Positions 1-11,859 are shown, numbered from the whole stretch's first letter. The stretch: 62,364 bases of DNA, filler included, from Globobulimina sp. (GCA_003354225.1; 26 parts of 26 records of this genome joined end to end with filler, not necessarily neighbours in it), one strand, 5' to 3'. Notes: generated by a model not told the origin, from the letters alone. Numbers and translations: made by a program.

Positions 1-187
1 GTTAACTATAAAAGTAAAGGACATTAAATCTCATAAATATAGAAATCAAATAAATAGTTGAGCTACATCTTCATCTCTCATGTATGTATGTTTTAATTGT
101 CTAATTTTTTAAGGTGGGCCATGCAGAATATATTGTCACATTATTTGTAATCAAGTAAACTATGAATGGAAATATACGACAACAAAT

Positions 188-709
188 ATGCAGCGAACTC
201 CAACAATTTGTGCTTTCAGTAAAGTGCCAAAGGATATCGTTGAATTCGATTGTTACTTTGAAATATTATCCAGACCTATAATGAGGCCAAGGAAGCATAA
301 ATTACATTCTTTTGCAAAATACAAATGGAATTTGAATGAAATGATAGTTGGTGATATGTTGAATAATATCCATCGACGATTCTATTCACCAAACTTTAAT
401 TATGGATGTTTTGTTTTGAGCATGTACAATAATAAAATGCACCCAAACGACAAATGTAGAGTGCTAAAGTTCCAATTGATATTATTAAATGATGAATGTA
501 TTGAATTGGGATTCATTAAAAAAACATATCGCATTGAAGGAATAATCAGTATCATTGATGTGGATAAAAAATGTTTTCAATGCAAACTACCAAACGCTCC
601 GTTTATGCGTGATAATGCTACGGTAACTGCAGAAGCTAGAATTGATAGGAATGTGATGGTTAAATCCATCGAAGTGACTTTCAAAATAAACTTCACTAAA
701 AAACTGTGA
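188..709 (+). CDS. Hypothetical protein (possibly the last exon of a multi-exon gene)
   Basis: 173-codon ORF in AT-rich DNA with no recognisable motif. A GTATGT...AAG intron-like stretch lies upstream. It ends 5 nt before the next ATG. Confidence 0.3.
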   Translation: MQRTPTICAFSKVPKDIVEFDCYFEILSRPIMRPRKHKLHSFAKYKWNLNEMIVGDMLNNIHRRFYSPNFNYGCFVLSMYNNKMHPNDKCRVLKFQLILLNDECIELGFIKKTYRIEGIISIIDVDKKCFQCKLPNAPFMRDNATVTAEARIDRNVMVKSIEVTFKINFTKKL

Positions 710-714
710 AAACC

Positions 715-1989
715 ATGCAGCGTTCACACAAGCGACAATATAGTAACCAACAAAACAGAAACAACCACCATAACAACAATAATAATTATTCAAATTACAA
801 TGAGCCACAAACAAAACGTCAACGTATCACGGAATACCCGGCTACCAATACAAAGAATGCACATTTAACTCAATTATCCGCACCCTCATCTGATCAAAAA
901 ATGATAGCAGCACATTATGGCAACCGCAACGATGGTCAGTTAGAAACCAGAGAACAATCATCCATTATTCAACTGCGTAAAATAAATAACTGGATGAAGT
1001 CAGTGTTAATTTCCTTATTTTGCCATAGAAAATCAATTGTTTTGGATATTGGTGGTGGGAAAGGTGGTGATTTAAACAAATGGGCATTTCAAAGAATTGA
1101 TGAATTGGTTCATGTGGATCATGCCATTGGTTCTGTAATGGACTGTAGACAGCGATATAATGATGGATTAGATAAAAATCGTTTTAATTTTCGATTAAAA
1201 TTGGTTTGTGCCGATGCTTTTGCGCGGCAAATATCTGACTCTTTAGATCATGATATTTATTTTGATATTGTATCGTCACAATTTGCATTGCATTATGCAT
1301 TTGAAACGGAACAAAGAGTGAAAGCAATGTTGTTAAATGTGACTCAAAGGTATGTTATTTGTAATATTAATATCAGTTTAATTCCTTGCACCAGCATAAT
1401 ATGATTATATTTATATTTATATTATAAATGAGTTAGATTGCGAGAGGACGGATATTTTATTGGTACCATCCCCGATGCAAACGTTTTAGTGCAAAAATGG
1501 AGAGCGAAGAGTCCCGGCGTTCATACATTCTGTAATACCAAATACCGTGCATCGTTTAAGTGTGATTCAAAAGAAATGAATGATAAAAAGAAATTAAGTT
1601 TAAATCGTGAACGAGGATCCTATGCAATTCGATATATGTTTAACTTAAATGATGCGGTGGATTGCCCGGAATATTTGTTACATTTTGATTCTTTTGTTAA
1701 ACTTGCTGCGAATGAACCGTATAATTTAGAATTGGTTTTAGATTGTAATTTTCATGAATTTTTTGCACGGAATTGTAATGTTAAGGAATATAGGAAATTA
1801 TTGCAGCGAATTGGCATTACTAATTATGAAGGAAAAGGAACGATTTTTAATGACCAATGGGAAATTGCATACTTATATAAAGTGTTTGTATTTAAAAAGA
1901 AAAGATCGAGCAATGGAGTAACATATCCAATTCGTGAAACCAAAATGGCCAAAAAAATTGACGTTAAAGATATTATTGTTTGTAAATGA
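715..1989 (+). CDS. RNMT: mRNA cap guanine-N7 methyltransferase; intron 1350-1436
   Basis: Motifs IAAHY, LRKINNWMKSVLI, VLDIGGGKGGDLNKW, FDIVSSQFALHYAFETE, VDCPEYL. Splicing GTATGT..TAG joins the two ORFs as NVTQRLREDGYFIGTIPD. Confidence 0.95.
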
Positions 1990-2054
1990 CATTGACATCA
2001 CAAAGCATTGCAGTTCACTCATTAATGTTTAATCAAAATCTAAATGTTTTTATC

Positions 2055-2111
2055 CTCCTAGTCCTGGGTAAAAAAGCAAACGAAGTGTAACGTAGTTGCT
2101 TTTACTAGGAG
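2055..2111. repeat. Small imperfect inverted repeat (hairpin) downstream of RNMT
   Basis: CTCCTAGT...AAAAGCAA pairs with TTGCTTTTACTAGGAG, with an insertion in the left arm. Confidence 0.5.
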
Positions 2112-2304
2112 TTCTAACCAGTTTATTCCAACCACCAAAAGTTGCTTAGAATGTCTTCATTTTTGAATATGTTGAATTCCAATTTTTGTTCAATTTTTGT
2201 TGAATTCCAACATCAATTACAAAATCCAATTAATTTTTAATTCATTTATTCCTCCCGTTTGCTCGTAAATAAATAAAAGTTAATTCACATATTAAAACTT
2301 GAAA

Positions 2305-2404
2305 NNNNNNNNNNNNNNNNNNNNNNNNNNNNNNNNNNNNNNNNNNNNTTAATTAATTAANNNNNNNNNNNNNNNNNNNNNNNNNNNNNNNNNNNNNNNN
2401 NNNN
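2305..2404. other. Artificial contig spacer (44 N + TTAATTAATTAA + 44 N), first of 25
   Basis: The same 100-bp linker with stops in all six frames recurs about every 2.4 kb (2305, 4709, 7113, 9517, 11920 ... 59964). Contig lengths fall monotonically from 2304 to 2301. Confidence 0.99.
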
Positions 2405-2495
2405 ACAATACTTAGTTGGACATAGTCTAATCTACGTACTGGGAAAGGAGTCAAGTCGAAAAAGCTTCTTTACTTTTTAAAAACTGCAAACAAAA

Positions 2496-4467
2496 ATGTC
2501 ATCCCGGCCAAGTAGAAGAAGAATCAAAACAAAACGATCAGCCACACTCGATCCATCCACCCAAATCGACAATTATTACTCCCTTTCATTATCACCATCA
2601 CCCAATCCATACAAAAAAAAATCCAAACCCACTCGAAAAAACCGTCGCATCATAAAATCCAAATCGCCCTCACCTTTCCACCACAAAAAAGCCAAGAAAT
2701 CTCGTCACCGCTCGACCTCATATGCGCCATTCAAATCAGACTTGGATTTATCCAAATTTTCACTCAACTTAGACACCAACAGCAAAACCACAAAATGCAA
2801 AGCAAAACCAAGAAAATGCCGCAAATATACCTCCCAGACACCACTCAATGCTGCAAACAGAAAGAAAAAAGCGAAGAAATGGCGGTCCTGTATGACCCCC
2901 AAAATATCGCTATCGAGCTCCATCACCGAATCACTATTTTCCAGCGATGACGAATTGTACGACAACCGCTGCGGTATTGGCACCGTACAAAGCCATCGAA
3001 AGCAACCCCAAACCATGCAAACTCAGACACAAATCACGAAATTAAGCACTTCCAACACTGTCCAGAAAGCCAGCAAGCTCTTAAATTTAACGGATACGAA
3101 GCTTACCAACAAAATCAACACAAATTTCCAAGAATTCCGGCGTGCTTTGAACGAGCAACAATGCAAATTATTGGGCGATTTGGAGGCATTTTACAGTGAG
3201 AAAAAACAGCAACTTATCTCGATTGAAAAAATATTGTTTAGCAATGCGCAGAAATCGAAAAATAGGAAGCAAAGAGAGTTCACCTTTGACAGCAATGTGC
3301 AATTTGTCATCGACGAAGCGCAGATATTGTCGCAAATTCACAAATATGGCCACATTCAAACGGAAACAATAAGTACAAACACAAAAACAGCTACAAATAG
3401 AACCGAGTTGTATGCGTACGGCGACGTTAAGAGCGAAGACAGTGCGCTGTGTAGCAGCGATTCCGCAGAGACCGAGACTGAGACAATGGCCATGAAACAG
3501 AAGCTGATTTTGGGCGAGATCCAATGCAAAACTATGAACAAATTGGATGTGGTGATTGTAATGGAAAGAGAGGCTCAGAAAAAGGCCAAACGGGCAGCAG
3601 CATTGAGGCGTGGAGTGGATGAAGGAATGAGGTACATTGCGGAGAGAAGTAAGGTTATTAATGATAAGATTGCTGTGGCGATGCGGGAATTGGAGCAAGC
3701 GCGGGAAGCGGTGGCCGGCAATGACCCGAAAGATATTAATGAGATAAAATCGCTCAAATCTCCACCGAGTGTTATTGAAAATGTTATTACTGCGACTGTG
3801 ATGATTTTAGGTTTGTGTTTTTGTGTTGAAACGATATTTTGTATTTGGGTCGGTTGCTTGTGATGTTTTTCATTTTTGTTAGTGAAGTTTTTTTATGTGG
3901 ACATGTTTGAAGTAAAGCAAGCATGTCGACACTGACAGAACTAAAATGAAACAGTTTAGTTTCCAATAAATACACGTTTCAGGCCATAGGATTAAAGAAT
4001 GGAGGGATGTACAAAAGTTATTGAGCTATAAATTCAAGCCTGAGTTGTTGAACTTTGATACGTATTCATTGTCGCCGATAATCAGACAGGAAGTGTATGA
4101 CAAATATGTCGGGAATGCAGATTTTAATTATGATCGAGTGTACGAAGGGAGCAAAGTGTGTGGAAATTTGGTGTTGTGGGTGATTTCGCAGATTAATTAT
4201 TCGCGATTGTTGGATGTTATTATCCCGTTACAAAAAGAAGTTAGGAAATTAAAAAAAGAAAGCATGGAAAAGGGGAAGTTGGCTGCGGAATTGATGCAAA
4301 ATGTGAAGGAGTTGGAAGATAATATTAAATTATATACAGATCAATGTAATCAAATGATTGATCATATTATAAAATCCACAGATTATGAATTGAAACAATT
4401 TAGTGATAAATTACAACCATTAAATGAAAAATTTAATCAATTATTAAGTAAGAATGTGCTCGATTGA
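2496..4467 (+). CDS. About 599-aa protein: basic low-complexity N-terminus, coiled coil and dynein heavy-chain stalk/microtubule-binding domain, no AAA+ motor; intron 3811-3982
   Basis: Spliced sequence EQAREAVAG..DINEIKSLKSPPSVIENVITATVMILGHRIKEWRDVQKLL..FKPELLNFD...FNYDRVYEGSKVCGNLVLWVISQINYSRLLDVIIPLQKEV follows the dynein CC1-MTBD-CC2 pattern. Own ATG, stop and T-rich 3' flank are all inside the contig. Confidence 0.85.
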
Positions 4468-4808
4468 GTTATATGTTTTTTTCATTAAATATTTTTTTTT
4501 CCGAAGAATCCTTTCGTATTTATTTTTTTTTTCGTTTTATTTTTTTGTATCGGAAATGTCAATTTATTTTTTTCTTGTTTTTCTTGTGTTTTTATGGATA
4601 TAATTTGCTTGTGTTTATTTTTTTATATGTTATTTTTATATTTGTTTTAAACTTCCTTAATTAATCAACATGCGCCTATTTCATTTAATTGTTATCACCA
4701 TCTCCTTGNNNNNNNNNNNNNNNNNNNNNNNNNNNNNNNNNNNNNNNNNNNNTTAATTAATTAANNNNNNNNNNNNNNNNNNNNNNNNNNNNNNNNNNNN
4801 NNNNNNNN

Positions 4809-5150
4809 CATATATTTTTGTAATTGATATAATTTAAATGTCATATCAAATATAATTCGTTTATCAACTAATTCTGATTTTGAATCCGAAGCATAAATAA
4901 CGTCAACACCTAATACATCAAATTCACAGTGAAGCGATGAATGGATCGGATTTTCACATGTTGTATATACAAGAAATTGAATTGGAATATTTAAACATAA
5001 TTTGTACCGTATTTCATTCTGCAAAATAGTAATTATATCACCGACTGAGTATCCATTTTGTAACCATTGGTCCTGAATTGGCATACGTTGATAATCCCAA
5101 AATACGACGCATTTATCGGGTGAATACGAACGGTTTCCAAAGGGCTCCAT
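4809..5150 (-). CDS. NYN-domain (PIN-like, MARF1/limkain-b1 type) putative ribonuclease, 3' truncated by contig end
   Basis: CVVFWDYQRMPI ... LGVDVIY ... KSELVDKRIIFDM resembles the NYN pattern VFWDxxN...GV...K..aDkkI..D. Confidence 0.7.
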
Positions 5151-5204
5151 GCGCAAATGTGAAAAGATGTTTTTTGTTTTTTTCGAGTATCTTTGAGTTG
5201 GGAA

Positions 5205-7027
5205 ATGTCACTCAATGGTCCTATCCGTTTTCGTTCACCACCTCTACATGCAATAGATTCATTAGATTCACTCGAATCACATGATGCACCATCACCAATT
5301 ATAAGAAAACCATCATTTGAATATATTACCGACGATACTGAAGAATCAGGCTCTTTTAGACCTGCTGAACTTATAATGAATCAAGTCGATAGTATTGAAA
5401 TCATACAAATCCAATCACAATTAAAAAAGTATATTGCTACAGAAACACATTTGATATCTTCGCAATTTATCGAAATAATGACCAAAATAGCACCACACGT
5501 GGCACCTCGTGATGTCACACAAATGTTTAATCGCATTGACACATTAAATAACGGACAAATTGCAACCAACATATTGTTAAACAATGAATTCTTAGCTCGC
5601 ATGATATTGGTATAATATATTTTCGTTTCTTAAAATAAATCGCAAAAATCCGAACAAAAAACACATAGAAATTATTTAAAGATGACCTTTCATCGTCGCC
5701 TGACATTGACGAGAGCGATAATGAGAGTGATTTGGATAAATATAAAGGAATCAATCCGCAACAATTATGCCTGGAAACCAAACGATTACAAAACTGGATA
5801 ACGTCGTATGGACAACCAGCCGTTGAACGAGTCATTGACTTAGAAACTATTATAAATATATATGAAAAGGAACATAATGCTCAACAAATACAACTAAAAC
5901 AGCAGGAAAGTATGAAGGATGAATTAAGTGACATGCGAATGGAATTAAATCTATATACCGCATCTTCGACATATTTAATTGAGGACAATAAGCATTTACA
6001 AGTTACTGCTGAGCGATCTGTGGAGGAATGGGAGCGACAGAGAAGTTTACTAAATTCGAAACGGAAAGAATTAGAAAAATATAAAAAATTATCTGCCAAA
6101 ATGCGCGCCATAAATGAGACGTATTTAAGCAAAAACAAGCAAGTAAGCGATAAAAATAAAGATTTAGAACAAAAAGTACAGGAATTGCGACATATTATAT
6201 TGTCGTTGGAGAGTGATATGATGCAATTATCACAGGCGTATCATGCACAAAGGGAAGGATTTATAAATGAAATACATGGCTTAACGTCTGAATTACAGTT
6301 AAAATCTGACAGCAAACAAATGAATGATAGTAGTAATGATAGTGCTGATGTGTTATTACTACATCGACGGACTTTAACTCTGGATATTAACGCTTTAAAT
6401 GATACATTACACGGAGTCATAACCGGACAAGATCCGAAAACATGTACTGGTACACCGACTGCATGGAAATATTTTCCTAATGTATTGACGCCATCGAGTC
6501 CGCGATCGGGGACATGGATGATATCAAGCGATTATAACGAATATGACTTGGAACGTAATGTTGCAAACATAGAATATAATGAAACAAAAAGGGAACGTGA
6601 TGATAGTTTGTATGTGCGACCTACGGGTACGAGCACAGTGGATATATTTGAGGATGCAGTCAATACTGGAATTAAAATTGGATTAAAGAAGGAAATAAAA
6701 CAAGAGTTAATGGGAGATTTTGAATTGAAATTGTGTCAAAAAGATATTGAGAATAAATTGAAATTAAATCAACAGAAAGAGAGAATTGAGAATGAGAAAA
6801 GTGACTTAATTGAGAAATATGAGAAGCTGATAAAAAAATATCAAGAAGCAGCCGCTGCAGATGTTGTTATTGTTGTTGGCGATGATGAGAAGGAGGAAAC
6901 ACAACGACATAGTAAAGAAAGAAAGAGTGCTGAGATTGATATGTTGATTGAAGAAAGATTTGTATATAAATTGAAAGAAGCATTTATCGAATCCACATTA
7001 TTGTGGTCATTCGCGTTAATTAAATAA
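5205..7027 (+). CDS. EF-hand-like plus long coiled-coil protein; intron 5610-5668
   Basis: MFNRIDTLNNGQI is an EF-hand-like loop. A phase-0 GTATAA..TAG intron joins the two ORFs in frame. The C-terminal half is heptad-rich. Confidence 0.7.
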
Positions 7028-7233
7028 AAATAAAATATAGTGGAAAAATTATATTTTTTGTGTTTCTATTATAATTTTTACGTTATTGCCATTTTTGAGT
7101 GGAGTTTTAGCANNNNNNNNNNNNNNNNNNNNNNNNNNNNNNNNNNNNNNNNNNNNTTAATTAATTAANNNNNNNNNNNNNNNNNNNNNNNNNNNNNNNN
7201 NNNNNNNNNNNNTATTCAACTTTTTCTTTTCGA

Positions 7234-7344
7234 GGATGAGTAACGTTTCCGAAAACACAGTTTTTTGCCGAGGGAGCTCCGGGGGGTGGTGGGTGGGGAG
7301 CCCCCAAGGCAAAAAACTGTGTTTTCGGAACACGTTACTCAGCC
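7234..7344. repeat. Fold-back element: about 35-bp inverted arms around a GC-rich inner hairpin
   Basis: TGAGTAACGTTTCCGAAAACACAGTTTTTTGCC versus GGCAAAAAACTGTGTTTTCGGAACACGTTACTCA (one-base indel). Core: GGGAGCTCCGGGGGGTGGTGGGTGGGGAGCCCCC. Confidence 0.9.
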
Positions 7345-7786
7345 AAGATATAAAGTTGAATATGAATACGATGCTTTATTCCCAAAAATGACCATACAAT
7401 TTTTTTATATCATCATAATAATAAAAATGCTTTCGGCTTTTTTGATTGAGTTTATGGGAAAAAATTGAAATACAAACATTGCATCTATCAATTCTCTCTA
7501 CAATAATGCATCCATCCAACGAGACACAAACGATCTTATGGCGGCGAAGCCGCCGCAGCGTATTTATTATTCGAAGATAGTGATGATACCTCAATACGAG
7601 CATCTTTTTAAAGAAGATTTGGGTCTAAATCCCAATCATCACATATTTAATTTCTGTTTTTTTGTTTCTATTTGTGATTCCTAGGGAAAATAAAAGTGTT
7701 TTTCGTTTCTATTTTATTTTCTAAGTACTAAATAATAGGTTTTTGCATATAGCAAAAAACATCAGATAAAGTTACTTTTATAGGCG

Positions 7787-9333
7787 TTGTTGGGAATAAA
7801 CAAAGCAAACCATTTAAATCTGGTCAAGGTCGATTATTATCGGACATTAATTGAAATATCAAAGTGTATTCGGACATTAGCAAATCATACAAACTTAACA
7901 AATGATAACAATCAACAAATAAAAATCTTAGAACAAAACAAAAGAAAGCTGGATGCTGAATATATCAACGTTGTTAAATTAATGGAAGAACAGTTTCTGA
8001 AATGGGAAAGATATCAAAACGATGCAAAACATGAACTAACATCACAAATAAAAAATATACACAGTGAGCTCAACCAATTATGCTTTGACGATATAAATAA
8101 ACAAAAACAGAAACAGAAACAAATAAATGGCATTCTGATAAAATCAGAACCTGATAATAATAAAAGGCCGTTGCCAGTGGATAAGTTAATAGAATGTCAG
8201 CATTGTGGATTTGAAACGCATATTGCGAGCGAATTAACTTCTCATTGGCTCAAACAACATACTAAGGAAATTACATCATCAGTACCTGGTCTTGAACCGT
8301 TAGATACACAGAACATAGTTTCAAGCAATAAAAATACTTTGGATAATATTGATTTCATTTCTTGTAAAATATGCCACAAAACGTTTGAAACAAAATTCAG
8401 TGCACTGCTTCATTTTGATGTTCATGCAAGAGATATTTGCAATGTTTGTAATATTGAATATGGCGCAGACATTACAGATGGACAAAAAGAGAAACGTTGT
8501 TATGATAAACATGAATTTATATTGAATGAACTTGACAAACTCACCAAATTAACTTGTAAATATTGCCCATTCACCACAAGAATTCAAAATAATTTTATTC
8601 ACCATCAACTATCGCATAATAACGCATCAGCTGTACATAAAGAGAATGCCATTGGTAGCGATAAAGTGTATTATTTCCCAACATCGCATGGATGCCAACA
8701 TTGCTCACATACTACAAAACTAAACAACAGTTACGTATTCATTTGAGGTGCCATACCAATGAAAGGCCATTTGGGTGTAAAGAGTGTGGGAAAAAGTTCA
8801 CAGTTAAAAGCAGTTTGCGCAGCCATATGATAAATGTGCATGAAAATAAACGGGAATATAAATGTTCATATCCTGTTTGCTGTCGAGCATTTAATTCAAA
8901 CTATAAATCGAAGCAACATTTATATACACATACTGGAGAGAAACCATATAAATGTAAATATTGTGCGGAAATGTTCGGTGGCTCATCTCGAAAAAGAAGA
9001 CATGAAAAGAATGTGCATATTGGTTGGAAATGCAGACACTGTGATTGCAAATTTGGTACAGAATCTCTGTTGAAGCATCATAGGGAAAAAATGCATCCAA
9101 CGACTGATTTTAGGAAATATAAAGGGCAGAATTGGTTTGCTTATGGATGTGAGCGATGTGAGGAAAGGTTTAAAACGAAGGAAGAGGCAGATGTTCATGA
9201 AAGGAAATGTGATGAGGAGCTGGATGGTGATAATGAATTGGATAAGATATTAAAACGGAAAACAAAGAGATCAATCAAGAAAGTAAATAATGTGAATGAT
9301 AAAAAGAATAAAAAGAGAAGAAGAGACAATTAA
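7787..9333 (+). CDS. Multi-C2H2 zinc-finger protein with a 1-nt frameshift at 8716-8719; true start uncertain
   Basis: Many C-x2-C-x12-H-x3/4-H units and HTNERPF/HTGEKPY linkers. Adding one A restores CQHCSHTTKTKQQLRIHLRCH. Confidence 0.9.
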
Positions 9334-9356
9334 CTTTTTTGGCTTAGTTTCGTTTC

Positions 9357-9516
9357 GTTTCATTTCAACGATTAGCAAAGTTTTTGGGTTAGCTAGTGTG
9401 GTTTTCAACCTAGTATTCGAAGTTGACCTAGTATTCGATGACCTAGGTCAACTTCGAATGCTAGGTTCAAAACCACTCTAGCTAACCAAAAACTTTTCTA
9501 ATCGTTGAAATGAAAC
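9357..9516. repeat. Long palindrome (about 75-bp arms, 11-nt loop), dispersed family copy 1, runs into the contig end
   Basis: GTTTCATTTCAACGATTAG...TTCGAAGTTGACCTAG (9357-9431) is the near-perfect reverse complement of 9443-9516. Confidence 0.95.
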
Positions 9517-9616
9517 NNNNNNNNNNNNNNNNNNNNNNNNNNNNNNNNNNNNNNNNNNNNTTAATTAATTAANNNNNNNNNNNNNNNNNNNNNNNNNNNN
9601 NNNNNNNNNNNNNNNN

Positions 9617-11859
9617 TCCATATCCAAACAACGAAATAATTTCATTGCATTGAACATGGCATTGTAAACACTTTTATTTCTATCTTTAATTTCAATTTTA
9701 TTAATTATATTTTTCATTTTCGTTAAATCGCCACATTTTGCATATTGTCTCATTAATCCACATAACAACTTAATATTTCCTGCGTATTTACTCTGTTTTA
9801 TATCATTCTCGATTTTAATTAGTTTATTCAAATTATTGTAACACGAACGCATTGCCAACAAATACGTAATCAAATTCAAGTCGACATCATTATTATTTTT
9901 CATCTCATCATATAAAGTTAATGCATCCTCACAATTATCTGTCTGAGTAAATCCACTCAATTTGGAATTATAAATACTTGTTTTATTATTATTATTATTA
10001 TTATTCTCCACCATATTAAATATATTTTGTGCACATTCAATATCTCCACATTTTATGTATTGTATAAGTAAAGCACTTAAGATCTTGATATTAATTATTT
10101 CATCCTCTCTTTGTAGATCTTGCTCAACCATTTGTAACTGATTTATATTTGTGGAACAAGACGCAATCGCAACTAAATAGAATGATTCATTCCTTTTAAT
10201 TGTGCCGTTTTGTTTGAGTTCATTGTAAATTATCATTGCTTCTTTAAAATATTGATGTTCTTTGTATGATTGCATCATTGTTGTAAAAGTAATGATATCT
10301 CTCCTATGAATTGCTATATTTTTATAAATAAAATAGGACCGTTCAAGATCACCAAATTTTGAATATAAATAAATTAAACAATTTTGAATTTTTAAATCAT
10401 TATTCAATTTACATTCAATTATATCATTGTGAATCTTTATTAAATCGAAAATATTCGTACATATTTTTAACACAACTAAGTAAGAAATATCATTCTGTTT
10501 CATTCCCAATTCTTTCATCTCGAGATATAATTTCATTGCTTTGCCAAACTCGTCATTTTCAGCCAAAATATTGATTATTGTTGAATAAGTATTCAAATTA
10601 CGATATGTTACCTCAATTTTATCGAATATTGTCATGGCACAATTAATATCATTACATTTACCATATTGCGTAATCAATGCATTTAAAAGTTTAATCTCCG
10701 ACTTATATTTACTTTGTTTAATGTCATTATAAATTATATCTAAAACATCTCCATTGATATCACATGATTTAATTGCATATAAATAGATAATATCATCAAT
10801 TACAATGTTTATTTCCTTCATTTCATTATAAATATTTAATATATCCATAAACTGTTCATATTGAAACAGGCATTGTATTATGGATTTAAATATCCAGTTA
10901 TCGAAAACAGATGTTTTATATCTATGGAAAAGTAATTTGGCACTCTCAATCTTTTTACATTTTGTATATTGAAGCATCAGTCCATTGACAATCTTTATAT
11001 TCTCACCATATCCATCACTTATTATTTCTTGATGGAGTTGTATTAAATCACTCAAATTATTCTCATTTATGCCTTTAATTATAAATAAATACGTGATATG
11101 GTCCATTTTTATGTTCTTTTCTTTCATTTCTTGATACAAATTCATTATTTCATTATAATTATTGAGTGAGTTATATGCCCCAAACATTGCATTATATGAA
11201 TGAGTCTGTTTTATTCTTATCGCATCAAATACGTTTTGTGCAGAGTTTAAATCTCCGAATTTAGCATATCCTGTAATTAATGTGTTATATATTCGTTGGT
11301 TTCCAATATTATATTGTATTAAATGCAAATGAATATATTTGATTGCTTCCAAACATTGCGATTTCTTAAAATTGCGGTTTGTTTCGAATTTGTTTAATTT
11401 GGATAACACTAAATTGTATACATAATCATTGAGTATTATTGTTTTTTTTGTGTTTAGGTTATATTCATTATCTAACCAATATAATACATTCATTACTTGT
11501 TGGAATTGTTCATTATTTGCATAATGTCGTACAAGCGATGATAAACATTGTGCATCGATTTTTGTGTGGCTTTGTCTGTGATAAAATTGAATGTCTTTCC
11601 AAATCGAATCGCTATAAATTTCTGACAATTTATGATAATTACATAAATTCAGTATGGCTGTCCAAATATTTTTTTTATTGTTTTCTAATTTATAATCCAC
11701 ATTTTTAAGAATATCATTGATGAATTGCGTTGCACTCGTTTCATTCGTACCGTTTCTATTTTTCGTATCGGACATTCGAAGTAATTGCTTTATTGATGAG
11801 AAATGGAAACGTAAAAGCAGACAATATCGAGAAATAAAAAGTCTTTTTGTTGACATCAT
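9617..11859 (-). CDS. PLS-like pentatricopeptide repeat protein with putative mitochondrial presequence, C-terminus truncated
   Basis: Five complete triplets of about 100 aa plus the start of a sixth (NTLITGYAKFGD / SYNAMFGAY..LYQEMK / ITYLFIIK..IQLHQEII). The N-terminus is R/S/L/F-rich and lacks acidic residues. Confidence 0.9.

Noticed and set aside
188-1989. Overlapping ORFs plus a cap methyltransferase suggesting a giant-virus or operon-like arrangement
   Set aside because: The methyltransferase has a spliceosomal intron and a eukaryotic stand-alone form. The 706 GTG start is an ORF-caller artefact, and the likely ATG is at 715.
2349-2360. Regularly spaced TTAATTAATTAA repeat that could look like a CRISPR or telomere-like array
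   Set aside because: It is always centred in 88 N. It is an artificial six-frame-stop linker.
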